The notes under the pieces: generated by a model
Told to the model about the DNA's origin: nothing
Seen by the model: only the letters and a program-made list of their open reading frames with translations
The model's database searches: none
Program-made: the position numbers and the translations under genes
DNA from: Schmidtea polychroa
Taxonomy: Eukaryota
Direction: 5' to 3'
Assembly: GCA_044892525.1 (NCBI GenBank)
Contig: CM097885.1
Location: 251,968,001 to 252,032,000, forward strand
DNA: 64,000 bases
Shown: piece after piece, positions 29,338 to 42,820 of the stretch
Layout: every line of letters starts with the position of its first letter
How positions within the stretch are numbered: position 1 is the first letter of the stretch

Positions 29338-32300
29338 ATGGAGGATATTCCACCCGTTAGACGTTTAACGCTTGGTAACGAATAAATACCATTTTAATGC
29401 ACTTTTATAATTATTGTAGGGTTAGCTTCCAAATTACATGTATTTAAAGCTTTTGATATGTTGCTTGAAAATCAAAGACATGTAATTAAATCTACTCCAA
29501 AATATAATTTTGAAGTCAGGGATTATTTAAAATCGATCTCTGTAAAATCTAAAGAAGTCGACGAAAGTGAAAAATCAATTGTCTCTAATATCGAACTAAA
29601 TAATGAAAATAAAAAAATTATTAAAAGACCCAAACAAAAACGATTGTTGATGTTAACTGACACGACAAATAATGGAAAAAACTGCTCCGTAAAATATTTT
29701 GTTTCGATCAATTCTGCTGTCAATTCTAAATCAAAATCCCAAAATCTTATTTCCTGGATGTCAAAGAGAAAATTTTCGGTAATATTTGTCTCAGAATATA
29801 GGTGAATTGCATATTAACATATTTATTAGTCGATAGATATTGTTGAAAATATTTCTATATGTGAATCGAAAAAAATCAAATTGGAATGGGAAGTCGAAAC
29901 GGAAATTGTGTTTACATATCCCGATATATTTTTTCAATCGACAAACTCATTATCAATCGACACAAAAAAGTTAACGTTCTACGTTCAAGCTCAAGGTATT
30001 ATTTTGAATTGTTTCTTTCATATGAATTCAGTATTTAAATTTAACCTTAAATTATTTATAAATTAATCTTAATAAATCCTAATAAATTTTAGGCTAAATA
30101 AGATTTTAATTGGTAATTAATGAATTTATTTATTGTTGAATGTCAAACAAAAGAGATAATATAGCAAAAATATGTTACTAAAAATAGAATTTTTATCTCA
30201 TTGGTCAATTTTATAATGTATGATTTTGGTATAATGATGAGGACATTTATAATTTTCTATTACACAAACATTTACACGAGTTTTCAATGACCAAACAACG
30301 TTCCTAAGCACGGATTAAGGTTTGACATAACACTATCTCGCCTACCGTAAATGCCAATCAAATGTAATATTAATAAAAAATATCCATATATTATAATTAG
30401 TAATTTTGTAGTTTATATTGATCGTGATTTGGCATTAAGTCGAGATACTGACTCTTGCTCGGTTCCCTTGTTGATCATTAATCGTCACAAAAGGACATAC
30501 ATACCAAAAACTCTCATATAAATGTTATTGTAATCCTTGATAATTTTACTCATCTGCTGTATTCTAACATAAGAAAATACTTCAATATTGTATTTCTCGA
30601 TAATCCGTTTATGCACATTACTAATTATATGACGAGGCATTTTGGTGACCTGGAGTTCCTAGCAGGGACATAAAACTCAAGTGTATTGAACTAATAGTAT
30701 TGGGGAGATTATCCAATTCCCTGATAGGATGCTCATGTAAGTTGTATTATCATTAATCGTCACAAACATACATAAAGATATACATACTAAAAACTCAAAT
30801 ATAACAGTCGATAATGGCAGTCGTAAAATATCATAGAAATCATGTTACTGGCCTACTGTATTCGTCTTTAATATAAAGGTGATATTTCACAAGTTTCTTA
30901 ACCTTTTAAGGTTGGTATACAAGGTGTCCATAAAGTCAGTGTGCAATTGAAATTACCTGTAGCTATATAACTATATGTGATAGATAGAATCTATGAAGCC
31001 AAAAGAAAGAAGAAATACGATTCTATAGTTCTCTGAAAACATTTCCCATTAATTATATCAGTTATCATATCTTGGAAGCCTTATAAACTGTCACATATAT
31101 TTTAATTGCACACAGTTTTAATTTAATTTTTTTTACCTATTAAGGCTTAATAATTAGGCAAAATGTTTAATAGGTGATAAAATATCTAAATCCGCTATGA
31201 ATGGTAATATGAATAATATGTAAGTGTTATATTAATTTATTGATTAATCAGTTTATTTTCATTGTTTTATTATAACACGATTATTAAAGATTTACGTTAT
31301 TCAAAATTTGAAAATATTGACAACATCTAGAAGTCAACAATTGTATGTTTTGTATTTATATATAATGCAAATTTAATATCCAATAATGTTTGTTACAAAT
31401 GTCTGAAATCCGCTTTACCAAAATTAACTTTCCCCACATTCAATTAGTATCTTATTTAAATAAATACCGTTTTTTCAATGCTATATTTTTAGTTTTCCTT
31501 AATAATGCCTTATTAATTTAATAATCAATTCAATAATTTAATAATCAATTTAATAATTTCTCAGTCAAACATTTTTAAAGTTTTCATATAAGACTGACTG
31601 TTAAGTTGTTTGTAACTGAAATTCTTTCTAATTTTGTAGCTAGAAACTATTAGTCCGGTGGATCACGAAAAATTGTAACGTGAGAAAATCCTACAGATAT
31701 AATAAGATATGTTAAAAGAGATTTTTAATCATTCACGGATAAAGCTTACATAGAAATTCATATAAATGTGACTGAGAATTGTTATACCATCCTTATTAAT
31801 TACAACTCTCAAATCTACTGGTTATGAAACTTGTCTCTTACTTCTTTCGATCCCAAAACTTTTCTTTTGTATGCATTCGAATAATGCTATCAACTAAAAA
31901 TATTAAATTAAGCTTTGGAATAAAATTTAATCTATTCTTTATTATAATAACGTGTTCAGGGTTAAATGAGATTGAATTGGGACTGAATGATGTGAAAACT
32001 GTCCATGTATACAAAGAACAAGCATTTATTAAATTTGTCATGAAAACATCAGTTCTCAGTGATTTAAAGCATTTATCAGATAGTATGAGAAATCAGTCAG
32101 GAAGGCCATTAAGATTGCCTTTAAAAAGAGGTGATAAGTTCTAATGAGAGTTTTTATTTGGTAACATTTCCAATTTCAGGGTTTAATGTGAAAGATATAA
32201 TGGTGATATTCACAAAGAGTTTGATTACCAACAATGATTTAACTGTGTTGAGAACAATTTTCGGTTTAGAGAAAGTTACTTTTAACAACAAAGAGGACGA

Positions 32301-35300
32301 GGGCAAAGACTTTTTGTTGAATCTATTTTACAGTGCACCAAAATACAAGGAATTTGTATGCAATAATCCATGTGTGACATGGGATTCTTTATCTAAATCC
32401 CAGGTTCATCCAGTGACGATTTCGTCAACTGTCGCACAAAATCTTTCACAAATTCACTCCGGTAAACTTCCAGCAACATCAAACAAACCTCCAAATACAG
32501 TCAATACATCCCCAAGCCCTTTTAATAAGTCTCATCATTTTAATAACTCGTCACCGATTAATAAGTTCCAAGCTAATGCCTCTTCATTACTGGTCAATAA
32601 ATCCATAATTCCAGGAAATGTATCCTCACTGCAACCCAAAGACAATACGTTATTGACGACGTCTAATTCTCCTTGTCTGCCTCTTAGTTCTTTATCACAT
32701 CCCAGTAATACATCTTCTTTCACCGCCAATACGTCTTCTCTACAATCGTGTACTTCATTCCCTGGTGGAATACCTTCAATTCCTGTTAATACATTTTCAC
32801 TAGCAGTTAATTCATCTTCTTTACCAAATAATAATTCCCAGAAAGGCGTTGTTCAATTGGTAGCTCCGATAATGAATCATATGCCAAATTTAGTGCTGCA
32901 TCCACAACAATCCGGTGTTTCTGTCAACAATTGTTCAAACCAAGTGATCAACACCGTTTTATGTTCTCCCACTTCTTTCATCACTAACTATGCTGTTATT
33001 GCAACATCTATGTCCAACAATAGATTAGATCCCTATCCCAATCTGTTTAATCGAATGATTAATGAGTCCACGGCAATCCGTCCATTAGCAGTACAAGTCA
33101 ATAATTTCCCAATGTCCGTTACTTCACAAAATAATGCTACATTATCTATGAATAACAATCAGAACAAAGGCTTGCAAATCAATGATTTCGGATCTCTATT
33201 CCAACGACAAAATCAAATGAATGGATTGAACAGTGGTTTGCCCCCGATACCAACACCAATACCGATTGGGAATCATAATTACAACAACAACAGCAACAAC
33301 AATAATAATCATCATGTCAGTAATGATAGCAACGATGAGTCGGTAAATAAGCCATTGGTATATATTCCCGGCAGGCACATAGGCAACGTGTTCAAATCTT
33401 TTAATTACTCGCCATCACCTGAACACAGTGTCCTTATGTTTGGATCTGACCTGGCCCACCTCAATTATGGAGAATATCTCAATGATAACATCATCAATTT
33501 CTATCTCAATTACATCAGATTCGAGAAAATCACACAAGAACAACGAGAACGGTCTCATTTGTTTAATGTCTTTTTCTATACGAAACTACAACGAAAAACC
33601 GGCATCAACGATACCCCAGAAACCCGGCATGCCGATGTAGCGAAATGGACGAAAAAGGTTGACATATTCGACAAGGATTTTATCGTAATCCCAATCAACG
33701 AAAACAATCACTGGTTCTTGGCGATAATATGCTTTCCTTGGATGGCTGGAATGATTAGCTATGATGAAATGTTCGGAACGCCCAATTGTCAGATTTCGGA
33801 AATTCCAGAAAACCATTCAGTATTCTCCAAGAAAACTCGAGTCGAACGATTGAGATTCTTGCAAACACAGAAAAAAATCGAGCCGAAACCGTGCATTTTG
33901 TTATTCGATTCTCTACAACATGTTACTCGCGCACCAAATGTTAAATTGATTAGAGAATATCTCAAAACCGAATGGGACGTCAAGCGTGCAGCGAAAGACG
34001 GTCCGTTAGTTTTTGACAAAAATACCATTCGAGGTTTCAATCCTCAAGTCCCTCAGCAAACCAACACAATCGACTGTGGAATTTATGTTCTCCATTATGT
34101 GGAAATGTTTTTTGAGGTAATTATTATTAATGACATTAAAATTCATAATATTATTATTCTAAAAATTATTGATTAGGGCACACCTCACTGTATAGAATCC
34201 CCCCGTAAGCTAGGCCAAATATATATAACACCCCATATGAATATTCACATTAAATTACACCAGGAAACAGTTTACAAAAAAATATTCGTATAAAAACAGA
34301 ATAATGATAATTTAATATTGAATTTAATAACTAATCAATTTTGATCTATAGTTGTAATGAAAATAAATGAAATCTTTATGAATGTATTTACATATATATA
34401 TATAATTTTTATTTATATTTATTGAATTAATATTGAATTTAATAATTAATCAATTTTTAATATTGCATGACTTCAATCCATAAATTATTAATAATATAAT
34501 AGCCGTCATTAATTTGTTTGTTTGTATTTGTGTCAGATCAAATCAAAACGAATGTTGTTGCACTGATTTTTCGTTGAAAATATTTGTCTCTCTCTTTTGT
34601 TGACATACGTTCCTGATCATCAATTTGTAATGTCCGAATTGATGAAATTCTATTGTTCTTTTGTTATAAAGTTTCGCTTTCTCTTCTAAGTTTTTGTGCA
34701 CTTCTTGCAATAGTCTGTCTCATCCTAAGTTTCGTCATTCCTTCTTTGAACTTGTCGCAAATGTTCAACTTCCAATTTATAATTATGCTCATCCTCAGTT
34801 TCAGTTCTCCTTTGGTTTTGTCTAGCTCCATTTCCTTGTCTTCTAACTTAACTTTAGTCCACAGTTTCATTAGAGCGTTTTTGTTGCTGTTGAATTCTTT
34901 TCTTTGCACGCTTACGTTCCGGACTGACTTTTTACCCATTCCTTTCGATTTATTTTTATTATCATTTTAACTTTTCCCGTCATCATTGACGGGGCATTAT
35001 ACTAGTTATTTAATAGTAAAAATTTTTTCACCTTTATCTCTACATTTTTTTGTTTACATTTGATCTGCTTGTTTTTTAACTTTTAATTATTTTCATTACG
35101 ACTTTTAATCAATAATTTCTATTTTCATAGAAAAGTATAGATTTTTTATCTATTATAGTAATGAAAATATGCCCCGAGTTACTAATCTTTATTAAAAATG
35201 TACAGCGCACAAAAAACCCGTGCTTTAGAGTTGTTATATCTCTAAATACATAATTCTCCATCTATGTATACGAATTAGTGATTAAGGAATTGAAATTAAT

Positions 35301-35910
35301 TGAAATTGCAAAATGGCAAATTTGATTATAACTTGTAATTTTGATCGACAACATGGCATTTTTATTTTAATGTTATCTGAAAATCGACTTTCTTCTATCG
35401 AATGATGCATAATTTGTCCGATTTGAATCATTAATTCCTGCTCCGCCATTTTAACGGGTTATAGCTATTCTAATATTATAATTTACAATCTAATAATAAT
35501 TTAATATTGAATTTAATAGTTAATCAATTTGAAATATGGCATGACATCAATCCATAAATTATTATTTAATAATGAAAATGATTTTCATGTAGCAATGAAA
35601 GTAAAAGTTAAATGGTAAAAGTTGATAATCTGTCGGAATTTATTGTGGGAAAAGATATATAAGTTATTACCGTATTGATTTCATTTTCATCTTGTAGCAT
35701 CCTTTATCAGTGTATACGAAAGAATATTTCCAAACATCTCTGACCGAATGGTTCGATAAGAAAACAGTAGAAACGAAAAGAGAATTTATCCAAAGATTGA
35801 TCTTACAAAAAGCTGAATTTCAGCTGCATTTAGAATCGAGTAGAGAAAATAATTTGATTTCACCGAAGCCTGGATATGATGATTCTGGTCCCGATATTCA
35901 AATCCTGTGA
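29338..35910 (+). CDS. SENP6/7: SENP6/SENP7-type Ulp1 (peptidase C48) SUMO protease; exons 29338-29374, 29420-29778, 29830-29995, 31960-32130, 32180-34116, 35698-35910
   Basis: Phase-consistent GT-AG joins; YLNDNIINFYL, HLFNVFFYTKL, VAKWTKKVDIFDKDFIVIPINENNHWFLAIIC, ILLFDSL, PQQTNTIDCGIYVLHYVE (catalytic H/D/C); insertion in the catalytic domain typical of SENP6/7. The 5' exons are less certain. Confidence 0.9.
30917..31115. mobile_element. Tc1/mariner-like MITE remnant
   Basis: TACAAGGTGTCCATAAAGTCAGTGTGCAATT resembles mariner TIRs; only a partial inverted copy near 31105. Confidence 0.35.
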
Positions 35911-36479
35911 GATATCACTGCTGCTACTGTTGTTATTGGTGGTGATGATGTATTTTGTATATAATTGGGTCCTTTTAGAGGGTAGCTGGTGTACATTTCC
36001 ACCGAATGTATTGTTTGTATATTTCTTAGCTTATTTCTTCGATTATATTTCTGTATAGAATGGAGATATGTTGTTATCTTTTTTTTAATATTACAATTCC
36101 ATAGTATTTTTGTTTGTTTGTTTATTTATTCTAATTGCATAATTTGTTATCTTGTCATTGGCTTATTCACGTTGCCAATGAAATGATATTATGATTATTA
36201 TTGGTTTCAAGAAAATAATTAATTGAGTATAGTAATTGGTTTATTAATGACATTACTGCTGTTGGAGAATGTAATGTAAATATATTTGGTCACAGGGATA
36301 TTTTTGGGTTCAGTCAACGAGATTTTGCACCATTAATTAGTGACGAATTTGAAGTTAAGAAGATTTTTATTGTCCTGATTATTTAGCCAAGTCTCGCTTG
36401 TCCCGAGGCCCTTTCACAGGTTTGAAGATGTCTGCCATTTCAAAATATATATTTAAAAATTTTAGTTCTTGAAAAGCCT

Positions 36480-36710
36480 GGATTATGCATGTCGGAAAAT
36501 CTTATTTCTAGTGTTCGAACAGCAATTTCTCTTCCTGTCTTTTTTTATTCAACGGAAATTGTTGTACTATCTAAAATTTCTACATAACGAATAACTAAAG
36601 TAGTTTGTTCCTTGTGAGAACAATCTGGAGTGGTATCAACTATTATTGGAAAATATTTGGCCTTTAGAATCTCATCAAGAATTTCAATGAACCATGTTAT
36701 GTTGCTTAAT
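36480..36710 (-). mobile_element. hAT transposase fragment (DUF4371-like region)
   Basis: Minus strand IEILDEILKAKYFPIIVDTTPDCSHKEQTTLVIRYVE. Confidence 0.75.
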
Positions 36711-36949
36711 GATATTAAATGTAGATTTTGTATATTGTGAAGGGATTGTAGAGCCCAGCCGAGTCACCTTTAAGAATACTGTCTCGGGACAGCTGGGGTG
36801 CTTGTATGTATTGTGTGACACAAATATAATAAATTAACAACAATAAAAAATTTTACAAATTTTATTATGAAAAATAAGATAAAATTCTTGGTTATTTTCG
36901 GAAAGATTTTGAGGTTTTCTTTACGCTTTATTTATGGATAATGTTGGTC

Positions 36950-38550
36950 ACTTAGAGGAAAGTCGTTTTCTCCGTGATCGGATTATTGCCCACACGAAAA
37001 TTGCCAAAACTATCTGTGGGCAATTTTCTGTGGGCGTTGCACTTTCTCCACTATTTTACTTCTATCGTTGAATATACTTTTATTATTGTTCCATTCTTTA
37101 GATATCCGAAAACCAAATACTGCTTCTGATGGACTCTTTCCAGTTGTGCTTTGAATGGTAGCATTTAAAGTAAACTCAATTTCAGGTAACACTTCAACCC
37201 AATTTCTCTTAAGTTTATCTCTTAATGATGTACTGATAAAATCTCGTATTGTTCGAAATCGTCTTTAAATCAAACCATTAGTGTTATGTTGATAAGGGCT
37301 AGAAAATTGTAGCTGTATATTAAATTCTTAGCCAACTCTTTTATCAAATTAGACTCAAATGTTTTTCCACAATCAACATGAATAATTCTCGGTGGCCCGT
37401 ATTTTAATATCCAGAATTTAACAATAGTATCCACTGTAGTTTTTTCGCCCTGCTTTGCTACTGCTGTCAACGAAATGTATCGACTACACATATCTATAAT
37501 TCCCAAAATATATTTCTTTCCATGAATGTTTGCCTGCAAAGGTCCACAAAAATCTATCGATATAACCTCAAACGGTTCCGCCACTTGTGTTTTTACAATT
37601 AGTTCTTTTGTTTTTGTTGTCAATGTTTTTCGTTTCTGGCATATTTCACAACTTTGAATACATTGATTCGCGATTGTATTTAATTCCTCCATATCGTAAT
37701 TAACTTTTATATAATCGATTACCTTCTTGCATTCAGCGTGACACAACATTTTGTGCATCTCTTTGACAAATTCTATTCTATTTACTTTTGGAATCCAAAT
37801 TTTATTTTCTCTTGTTAAAATTAAATCTTCGTTGATTTTAAATCTTGTAGTCTCATTTTTATCAATTGCTTTTCTCATATGTTCTATCTCTTCATTACCT
37901 TTCTGCCATTGCATTCCATGTTTAATGGCTGTCATTGCCAGCAATCTGGTTTTTATTTCATCTGTCTTGGCATCTTCATGGATTTCCATACACTGTGTAC
38001 ATTTCCCACATTTATCTTTCGATAATGCGTCAGCGTTCGAATGGTCAATTCCTTTTCGATATTTAATATCCATATCTAAACTACTCAAGAAGTTTATCCA
38101 TGTCTGAAATTGTGCTGTTATAGGTTTTTTTGTTGTCATCATAAATGTTATAGCCTTGTGATCCGTTCTTAGCTGGAATCGCTTGCCGTAAAGATAGTGC
38201 TTAAAATGCTGTGCAAAGTAATAAATTGCTAAAAGTTCCTTTCTCGTGATACAGTATCCTATTTCAAGTTTATTCATCGTATGTGAACCATAGGCAATAA
38301 CACGTTCATTACCTAGATCATCAATTTGTGACAAAACAGCACCTATGGTGTCGAAACAAGCATCTGTATCCAAAATAAATTCTTTCTCGTAATGGGGATA
38401 TATTAGAACTGGTGTAGTTGATAGTGCTTTCTTCAATTCCTCAAAACTTTCTTGACATTCTTGTGACCAAACTAACTTATCTTTATTGTTTCCGCACATC
38501 GATTCTAATATTCTTGCGAATTTTGAATAATTTTTATAAATTTTCTGTAA
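36950..38550 (-). mobile_element. Ty3/gypsy pol fragment (RT connection, RNase H, integrase), 5'-truncated and frameshifted
   Basis: ORF 37270-38499: FILDTDACFDTIGAVLSQ, YCITRKELLAI, FQLRTDHKAI, HKMLCH..C..CQ zinc finger, ISIDFCGP; continues in ORF 37010-37192. Confidence 0.95.
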
Positions 38551-38559
38551 TAATTACAC

Positions 38560-39190
38560 AGTCCTAATGATGATGACGCTCCACACCCGTTCTCTCAAAA
38601 TTAGCTTAATAATTTTGTTTGTGATCCCAGCTTGCCAAAATCGAATGGTGAGGTGTTGACATCGAGATTGGAAGAGAAAAACATCATCTCTCCCAGTGCT
38701 CACATCACATTCTACAAAAGCAGGTATGAAGAGTACCTCCAGTTTTTCTCTAAAGATAATGCCCTGGTATACTGCACTGATATCACATAGCTCCTGCATA
38801 AAGTATGGGTAACGCAGTTCCAAACCGAAGAGTGGAAACTGTTTATTGACAGCAGTAAGCGAAGACTGTTCTATTGAATAATGCAACCAGTTTGGGTCTT
38901 TCAACAACACTCAATCAACAATCAACAACACTCAAAGAGAAGTATGAAGCATTGAATTATGTTCTTGAGAAAATTCGTTATGATCAACACGAGTGGCTGA
39001 TTTGTGTCCTTTCGAAAATGGTTAACCTTTTGTTGAGACAACAGCCTTGGTTTACGAAGTTTCCATGTTTTCTCTGTTCGTGGGACAATATTACGTAAAA
39101 AAGGAGTGGCCTACACGGGTAGAATTACTGCCTGTCGTGCAAGAAAAATCATCAACTAGCCTCTGGTGAACAGAGACAGGATCTTATTCT
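38560..39190 (+). mobile_element. Chapaev3-like (CMC) DNA transposase fragment
   Basis: EEWKLFIDSSKR and STTLKEKYEALNYVLEKIRYDQHEWLICVLSKMVNLLL.QQ..FTKFPCFLCSWD; family assignment is from recall of this motif set. Confidence 0.6.
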
Positions 39191-40504
39191 TTATTTAAAA
39201 TGATTGAATAACTTAATTATAATCAAGTTTCAAAGAAAAACTTGATATTTAATTTTTATTTCATTTATATTTTCTCTGGAAATGGTAAATTGTATATTAA
39301 TTCCCTGATTGATAAAATAAAATTAAAAATCTTTAGAATATATGTATCATTCAAATTTTTTTAAAAAACTAATTATGTTTAAATATATATTTTAACTTGT
39401 TTTAATGAACGCTCATATATTTGAAATTATAATAAAAAACAAAGAAGCTGTATAATTAAAAACAAAATATTACAATTCCGTTACTAAATCTATTAACGGA
39501 CACGCTCTCACTAATTTCAAGTAAACTGTTATATATTCACTTCAATTTAAATATATTATTTAGTCTAAATTATATCACGGCTGGTTATAAGGACATTTTT
39601 ATATGAATTTAGCTATATATCAAATTTAAGAAGTTTTCAAATTATGATCGGAAATGAGTAATTAGATTGAATTCATTATTACAATTATTTATCTTACATA
39701 AATTGTTTTTACTTCTATTGGTAAATGATCAAGTATTTCCATTATTTTGAAGGAAATAAACAACTTTAAAGGCAAAATATTTATATCAATTTTTTAAATT
39801 TCAAATATTTAAACTCCAAAGATTTGATTTTAGAATTTAAAAAATTTCATTTTGTTAATATTGCTACCAGTCGTATTTTCATCTGGTCAATGATGGACAA
39901 TCGAGCAGTTATCAAGACATTTTTAGGAATTTAGCTATATTTATCAAAAATTAAGGAATATTATTCACACCCATTGCCAAATTAGTCTTCCCTAAATGCT
40001 TCTATATAATTCAGATATATATGATAAAGCATTTAGAATAAAATAATTAATGTAATATTTCTTAAGTATATTTTTAATGAATATCAACACGGGTTTCCCA
40101 AAGTTGCTCCACTCAATTTGTCCTTAGTTAAGAAATTAAAGTTTATTCCCTAAATAGTGTCAGGAGTTCAAATCTGTTCGCTATCATTTGTTTCTAGGGA
40201 ATCGAATCTCGGGATTTCAGGATTAAAAGATTGTAATAAAATAGTTATGAAATATTATTTTTTATAATGTTTATAACGTTATCTATCTTAATTACATTTT
40301 GGTTTTAAATGAGTAATAATCAAATGAAAATGCACATTTTTACATGTTTTTCACTGGCTTTTAAAAAGGCAACTCCTGTTAAAATAAATTAAAAAGCAAT
40401 TCAAATTTTTAGAAATATTTATGCAGTGATGATGATAATGAGGCCAAATGTGTTTCATATCAAAATTAAATATATCTATGGTCTTAATTATTCATGTTCT
40501 AAAC

Positions 40505-40620
40505 CAGGGATGGGGAACCTGCGGTCTCCCGGAGCTTCATGTGCGGCGTCCAGAACCTTATCGAAATAAATCTTAATTTATATAAAAAATCTTGAATTTT
40601 GAGGATTTACGAATAAAAAT
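40505..40620. mobile_element. hAT-like terminus
   Basis: CAGGGATGGGGAACCTGCGG is a typical hAT TIR; partner end not found. Confidence 0.5.
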
Positions 40621-41884
40621 AATTGTAACTACTGAACTGTATACTGAACTGAAGGTATATACCTTGTAGAACACATCCCTGAGGATTCAAGCTCTCTAAA
40701 CCTCATAATAAATGTTAATGGGGCAGGTCATTGTGCCCGGGGTACCCTTCGAGATCGTCCCCGCTTCCGGGTCCCTGTTGTGGTAAGCCTTTGGGACTCG
40801 TTCCATGGGTGATCTAGACCGCGCTGGAGGGTCCTCGAGTTAGCCTGTCATAATTTTTCATTCGATTCGGTGTAATCGGCCAACTGCCGCTCCGACGTCC
40901 TCGAGTGCCCACATCTGAGCTTGTTTCCTTAGGTTGTTGTATGGCTTTAATTTCGGCTCTACTGGTACCGTATCATCTTACATCCACTCATGGATTCGGT
41001 ACCAGATCCATCTTGATCGGAGGCGGGTGATAGATTCGGTATCACTGGGGGCGATTTGGCTTTCATCTTCAGACAACTCATGGTTGAGATTGGCCGTCGA
41101 AGTATTGGCTTGGGAAGTGGATTTCTGGTTTTGAGACATCTCTGTTAAAATAACAAAACATGATTAATTTCTCATTTATGGGTTGACTTGAAAATTCCCA
41201 GACTCTCGAGAGGCTTCCTCTTGCGGGTTGACTCAGAATCACGGACTTGACAACTACCCTTCCTAGTGACTCCGATCACATAAATCCCCTCAGGAACAGC
41301 AACACCCCCTTGATTCGCAGGTCAAATCCTATTTACCACACAACCGTCACCAAGTGCGGTACCGAAGTAAGAATCTGAATATCGAAGTTTACTTATCGCC
41401 ATCTAACTTATGACCTAAACTAGCTAATTGTAACTCCAGACCCAACTTCCTAATCTGGAATTTTTGAAATTTCTATATTTTATAGCTTTTGGTCTACCCA
41501 TTTCACCATTCAGCTGATATTGATTAAAAATAATAAAAACAAAATTTAAATTCACTAGATTTAAAAATACGAAGACAAAATAAATGTTGTTTAAAACGTT
41601 TAATTAAATTAATGACACCCTAATCATAATTTATGTATGTTTAAATCCTATGTTCTTTAAATTTATTTTCCTATATAACAAAATTTTCCTAGACCGTCGC
41701 CACCGAAACCAATTATAAGGTGTTGAAACGTAACGCTGGGAGCTTTGCTCAAGCCTCTGTCCTTACCTGTAGTTGCAGTAGGTGGTGTTGACAACCTTAT
41801 GCATTAATTAATACTTATGCATTTCAGTCAACAAATTTTCCTAATGTGTTGTCGATTATGGTACCCTTGTTTAGTTTCGGGATA

Positions 41885-42290
41885 GTTGAACTTGTTGGGC
41901 GCTTAGGGGTGTGTCGTGACGGTGGTTACTAGGGGCAATGATTTATTGTCTCAGAGCAAGACTCCTTCCAAAACCCCCATTATGATTTATCAATTTTTCT
42001 CCCATACGTGTACCCATGAGGTTGCTCATGTTGGTGCTGTACACACGGGTTGGAATTCATGAGCAGGTGAGCCCCTGTGATATTCGCCTTTCGGGTTCTA
42101 GAATTTCGATAGAAGGGCTTACATCTTTCTTGTGGGGAATTCCTAAAATATTTCGATAAGCCTCTGGTCCAAATGAGGTCGTTTTTAATCACTCCTTTCT
42201 TTGGAGCGACTGTCAAATCAACATGACTTATCGTTTCCGAAACACCTTCAAATTAAACCAAAGACAGACGACACAAAAATTATATTAAGA
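41885..42290 (+). repeat. Dispersed conserved module, copy 2
   Basis: Colinear with 25865-26270. Confidence 0.85.
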
Positions 42291-42394
42291 GTAGTAACGA
42301 AAAGGCATTTGCACGTTCACTCACATCTGACATACTATACATCAGGTCTATAGAACCGATACCTTCACAAAGCAATACAACTAGTGAACCAGAT

Positions 42395-42820
42395 CATAAA
42401 CGGGTGTCGTTGAAGACCTTTCTGGACCATGATTGCGACAAATCGACGCAGACGGGACATTTATTTCGTCGGCACGATGATGTATAGGAAAGACGTTTCC
42501 CTTTTTCAAGGATTGGCAACTCATTTATTCTGCTCTTCAATTCATCCTCTTAATAAATGCGGCGGACGGCCTCCGATTGGGCCTAGATAGCCAGGCGTTG
42601 ACATGTACCTTCTTCGAGCAAATTGTCACGGCAGTGCTGCAGACGCAAGATCTTCTTATTTGCTTCTTTCATGCGTGGTGGGGAGAACCACGTGCTTTCG
42701 AGTGCATCTATACGCTTCTTTAGAGCCCCAAGATTTTCATTCAATTGCCGGATGACAGCATTTTTATCGGCACACGAAAAACAAGGTTTTGGGCCAGCTG
42801 TCAAGGTTTGGCTCTGACAT
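42395..42820 (-). pseudogene. 'WFxP' protein, copy B (stop plus frameshift)
   Basis: PKPCFSCADKNAVIRQLNENLGALKKRIDALESTWFSPPRMKEANKKILRLQHCRDNLLEE ... NVFPIHH; pyrimidine-rich AG acceptor just upstream. Confidence 0.85.

Noticed and set aside
34653-34970. K/E-rich minus-strand ORF in a SENP intron
   Set aside because: No domain recognised; possibly a LINE ORF1 remnant but unsupported.
40915-40935. 16-nt match AAAGCCATACAACAAC between about 40920 (minus) and 63375 (plus)
   Set aside because: A match of this length is expected by chance in 64 kb, and the flanks do not align convincingly.
42010-42040. THEVAH zincin-like HExxH in module copy 2
   Set aside because: The other copies read THDIDH and THDLHH, and no ORF is conserved.
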